Shown here: positions 59,453 to 64,000 of the stretch, in pieces
How the letters are laid out: every line of letters starts with the position of its first letter
How positions within the stretch are numbered: position 1 is the first letter of the stretch
Assembly (NCBI GenBank): GCA_038087875.1
Contig: CM075994.1
Span: 4,900,001 to 4,964,000 of the forward strand
DNA length: 64,000 nt
Source: Malacoraja senta
Taxonomy: Eukaryota
Direction: 5' to 3'
The notes under the pieces: model-generated
The model's database searches: none
What the model was told of the DNA's origin: nothing
Seen by the model: only the letters and a program-made list of their open reading frames with translations
Translations under genes and position numbers: made by a program

Positions 59453-62400
59453 TAAGAGACCTCTCACGACCAAACAGGCTGTATGGTCGTGAGAAGTCTC
59501 CAATAGTCGTTAGAGGTCACCCGCGACATGTCGCCAAGTGTCGCCTGTATGGTCATGAGAGTTATCCTATCTTCGTGAGAGTTCTCAAAGAATCGTTGCG
59601 TTTTTCTGGTCTCCGCTGAATTTTCAACATGTTGAAAATTTAGGCGAGATATAACGGTGGCCAGCATCGCTTAAGATGCGGGCTGCTCAGAGGCTGCCCC
59701 ACTGCAGGGACCAAAAGCCCCGTAGCCAGGTGGGCGACCTCTACCTCGATCTCTCTGGCGAGTTTGCCCGCGATCTATAGTCGCGGCAAGGTCGCCACTG
59801 GGTTGTAGGATGTTTTCATCGCTCGCCTTCATGGTCGAAAGTGGTAACCGCGTACTCGAGGCTTCACCTAGGTCGCGGTGATTTTTTCAAAGCGTTAAAA
59901 ATTGTCCGCGACTACAAACAGGTGGCCGTGGGAAAATCTGTACGTTTTACTCGTAGGTCTAGACGAAGTCCGTCTTTGTAGGACGCTATGCTAGTCGTAC
60001 GTAGTCGAAGGAGGTCGAAGGCTCCGGGGTGGAAAATATGTGAGTAGAAAAAAATGATAATGTAAATATCAGTATGTGAAATCTGTCACTCCTGCGCGTG
60101 CCCATTCATAGCTGGAGAGTTCTTTGGAGAGGGGCCTTGTAAATCAGTGATGGCACCGAAAAGGCAGCAGCGCAGGAGTAGGACACAATCTTCAAGAAAG
60201 CCTGCCATGCATACATTGCACACCAAGCAGGAGGAGTGACAGGAGGAGATGCCAGAGGAATTGTTAGCGCAGGAGTAGAGAGCCCTGCATGAGAGATCTC
60301 CGGAGGAGGAGAACAGGGAGTTAGGCAATGTCCCCACCTTGTGGAATGGTTCCACAGAATGTCATACTTTACGACAAGGAAAACGGGGGGTACAGGTACA
60401 GGGACTAGAAACGCAGATTGTTCCAGGAATAGGCGAAGGAGTATCCTGACTGCACCTGTGAGTACATGTTTTTTTTTGGTTCAGAAGCTCAGACATTTCT
60501 TTTAGCCATCATTGCAATTGGACAGTTAAATTTTAAGACTTTTTATTTTTTCCTCCAATAACCGCTTGGATCAATGTGATGTTCAAGAAGGGTTGCAGGC
60601 AATTATGTGGATAAGAACCTTCTCCATTGTCTTGCAGACAAATCTCACAGGTGTGCTTGAATCTTGTCTCCAAGCCTACGTAAAATATGTGGGGAGGCAG
60701 GCAATTAGCATGTTTTATTTGTTATACAGGTCCATTTACATGTAACAGTTCATGGCTTTTCCTGCAATAACCCTTTAGATCCGTGTTATTTTCTAGCAGG
60801 GTTGCAGATAATTTTGTTGAACAGCACCTTGTCCAATGTCTTGAAGGCAAATTACACATGTTATGTGTTTTAATTTCGAACCCTGTCTCCACGATCCTCT
60901 ACATTATATATGCGGGCAGGCAATTAGCACATGTTAAATCTGGTTTAAAGTCTCTACTTTGTTTATCCTCTGTACTTCTTCCATTCTCTTCCTCGCAGGC
61001 CAGCAATCAGCACACTCAAAAAGTGCATGCCTTTTTACACCCATTCCCTTGGAAGACATGCAGGAAGCTTTCACTGGTCACTTTAACACTTTTTAAAAAC
61101 ATGTTCATGCACATGATCATCTCTTTCAATGGTCATAGATCTAAGGACCATCTTTGGAAAACATAGCCAGCAATTAACTCATGCCTCAATAGATTAGAAG
61201 TGGATTTCTGTTTACTTCCTCCAGCATTTAAACACATCCCACTGGAAGACATGCAGGAACATTTCGCAGGACAGTTTAGAACTTTTTAAAAAAATATGCA
61301 GATGATCAGCTATTTCAATGGGTCCTGAACCAGAGGAGCATCTATGCGAAACTTATCCGGCAATTCACTCATGTCTCAATGGTCTTTCAGGGGATGTTTG
61401 TTTACTCCCTGCAGCAACTAAACCCATTCCCTTGGAAGACATGCCGGCAGCTTTCAGTGGTCATTTTAACACAATTTTTGTTGTCATTCTATGCAGATGA
61501 CCAGCTCTTTCAATCTGTGAAAAGTCAGAGATATATATGGAAGGCTAACAACCATGGGCACCATATCTGGGGCTGCTGGTAGCAAATTCTCCACGAAGCA
61601 GCAGTGAATCAATGACAAATGGGGCTTCCTGACATTGCGCAATGTGTGCGTGACGGGCAGAAAGAGCGGCAGGAAGGTAATTTTTATAACTTATTAAGTC
61701 GTGATGGTGTTCACACATTGTAAAACAAGATTTATTTCTTCCAGTTTCAACAGTTGTCTCAATTGTCTGGTGCGCCCCGTGAGGAGGTGGAGGACCCATT
61801 GAGGGTTCTTCAGCCATGAACCCCTCCACCAGTCAAGAGCACTCCAGGATGAAGGTTCCATGTGCCTGCCAGAGTGGAGACTCCTCACCTGGTGGCAATC
61901 CAGACCATGACGGACGTAATGAAGTGTTAAGTACTGTTAGTGCACAGTTTAACATTTCATCATATTTAACTTCACATTAATCAATGCGGCCATCTACCAT
62001 TGTGCTGTACACATGGTTATTTATATTTCAGCTCATGGGACAGGTACGGGATGCCTTAAAGAAGGTTGATTACGAACGCATGGGTAACACAACTCTGGAG
62101 GAGTATGTCCTCAGAATGACTGATTTCATTGGCTCAATGGTGAACGTCAAACCATCAGCGGACACGATGAGTTTAAGTAGAGTCCTTGTTAATAATGCAA
62201 TGGATTAGTAACACTGCGATTAGGTAAAATGCAATCTCATTGTTCTCTCATTATGTTGTCGTCGGGCGCAAATTCTGATCTTTAGATGAGAAAATCACTA
62301 TGCTTTAATTTATGTTGTAGTTTGCCCAGGCAGATCCACAATTGGGGCGTCAACAGGTTTCCAATGGCGCATCCTCTGCACCAATCTGAGCATGTACTAA

Positions 62401-62822
62401 ATATATAATATATGCTTTCATGATTGCATTCCTTTGTCAAATAATTCCCAGTGAGTTATTTTTTTACTTCGTTCAACTTATATATGAATCTGTGTCAGAA
62501 TAGCTATCATCAAGGCCACATCCACCACAGACACGAATGACGGCACAACCACATCTCCAGGCTGGACAGTTATAAATTTAAACAAAGGAAACCGTGAGCT
62601 TTGACTTGAAAATTATCATGTCGCATTCCCACCGTTATAAGACAATCCACCTTCCATACGTGATAATGTATTCATCCACCTTCCATACGTGATAATGAGG
62701 TGTCTTAAAATAATGATCTAACCACAAAAACATGTCAATTGCAGCTTTTGATGCTCGCTGTTGCTTAAAAATTTAAATCCCTGCCTTTTTTCAGAGGCAG
62801 TCCATGACATCGTCACCTGCTT

Positions 62823-63324
62823 ACATAGAAACATAGAAACATAGAAACATAGAACATAGGTGCAGGAGGAGGCCATTCGGTCCTTTGAGCCAGCACCGGC
62901 ATTCATTGTGATCATGGCTGATCGTCCCCTATCCATAACCGGTGCCTGCCTTCTCCCCATATCCATTGACTCCACTAGCCCCTAGAGCTATATCTAACTA
63001 TCTCTTAAATCCATCCAGTGATTTGGCCTCCACTGCCCTATGTTGCAGGGAATTCCATAAATTCACAACTCTCTGGGTGAAAAAATATTTTCTCACCTCA
63101 GTCTTAAATGACCTCCCCTTTATACAAATACTGTGGCCCCTGGTTCTGGAATCGCCCAACATTGGGAACATTTTTCCTGCATCTAGCTTGTCCAGTCCTT
63201 TTATAATTTTATACGTTTCTATAAGATCCCCCCTCATTCTTTTAAACTCCAGTGAATACAAGCCTAGTCTTTTCAATCTTTCCTCTTATGACAGTCCCGC
63301 CATCCCAGGGATCCATCTCGTGAA
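62823..63324 (-). mobile_element. CR1 3' fragment
   Basis: (ACATAGAA)n tail on +. LGLYSLEFKRMRGDLIETYKI...RTRGHS...FFTQRVVNLWNSL. Confidence 0.92.
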
Positions 63325-64000
63325 TCCTCCCATTTCCTCCAAATACAAGGCGTAGCTATGGGCACACGCATGAGCCCCAGCTACGCCTGCCTCTTTGTCG
63401 GGTACGTAGAACAATCCTTGTTCAATGCGTACCAGGGCCCCATCCCCGACCTCTACCTCCGCTACATCGATGACTGTTTTGGTGCCACATCCTGCACCCA
63501 CACACAACTGACTGACTTCATCCGTTTCACCACCAACTTCCATCCGGCACTCAAATACACCTGGACCATTTGCAACACTTCCCTACCATTCCTTGACCTC
63601 ACCATCTCCATCGCAGGTGATAGACTTCTTACCGACATCCACTATAAACCTACCGACTCCCATGGCTATCTGGACTACACTTCTTCCCACCCTGCTTCCT
63701 GCAAGGACTCCATCCCCCACTCCCAATTCCTCTGTCTACGCCGCATCTGCTCCCAGGATGAAGCGTTCCACACCAGGGCATCCGAAATGTCCTCATTCTT
63801 CAGGGAACGGGGGCTCCCCACCTCCACCATAGATGAGGCTCGCACCAGGGTCACTGCCATACCCCGCAACACTGCTCTCTCTCCCCATCCCCCCACTCAC
63901 AACAAGGGCAGAGTCCCCCTAGTCCTCACCTTTCACCACACCAGCCGTCACATACAACAAGTGATCCTCCGTCAGTTTCGCCACCTCCAACGTGACCCCA
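63325..64000 (+). CDS. Penelope-like element reverse transcriptase, partial (5'-truncated, open to the window end)
   Basis: Stop-free frame from 63325: QIQGVAMGTRMSPSYACLF, YLRYIDD, LPFLDL, YKPTD, YLDYTSSHP, SQFLCLRRICS. Absent from the ORF track because it runs off the window. Confidence 0.9.

Larger units (their letters stand above)
57908..60020. mobile_element. Two related non-autonomous DNA-transposon-like repeats (possibly PIF/Harbinger-derived) with a nested microsatellite and LINE fragment
   Basis: 57970-58260 and 59780-60020 are diverged direct repeats (ggtcgaaagtggt..ccgcgt..tcgaggcttca). Starts gtgtcccacttag and ggctgccccactg are TIR-like. Superfamily is inferred. Confidence 0.45.

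Overview
Repeat-dominated vertebrate genomic DNA. The repeat families (V-SINE/HE1-type SINE, CR1 with an SGNH-esterase ORF1, Penelope-derived palindromic repeats) suggest a cartilaginous fish such as a skate; this is an inference. No intact host gene could be supported. Best-preserved element: a young, nearly intact Ty3/Gypsy LTR retrotransposon (1704-6391) with an ATAGC TSD, ~2% diverged LTRs, and gag and pol offset by +1 at CTT-TGA, nested in a near full-length CR1 LINE. Also present: four non-autonomous Helitron copies, three carrying distinct tandem-repeat cargo; a decayed but structurally complete DIRS1-type element with ITRs and ICR; a full-length decayed L1 with a nested L1 3' fragment; Tx1, Rex1/Babar, BEL/Pao and pogo-like relics; a Penelope RT running off the right edge; and Penelope-derived hammerhead-ribozyme motifs. 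The non-repeat DNA shows old local tandem duplications, a 382-bp near-perfect palindrome and two weak pseudo-exon candidates. No clearly novel system is demonstrated. All calls come from reading motifs by eye, and boundaries of decayed elements are approximate.
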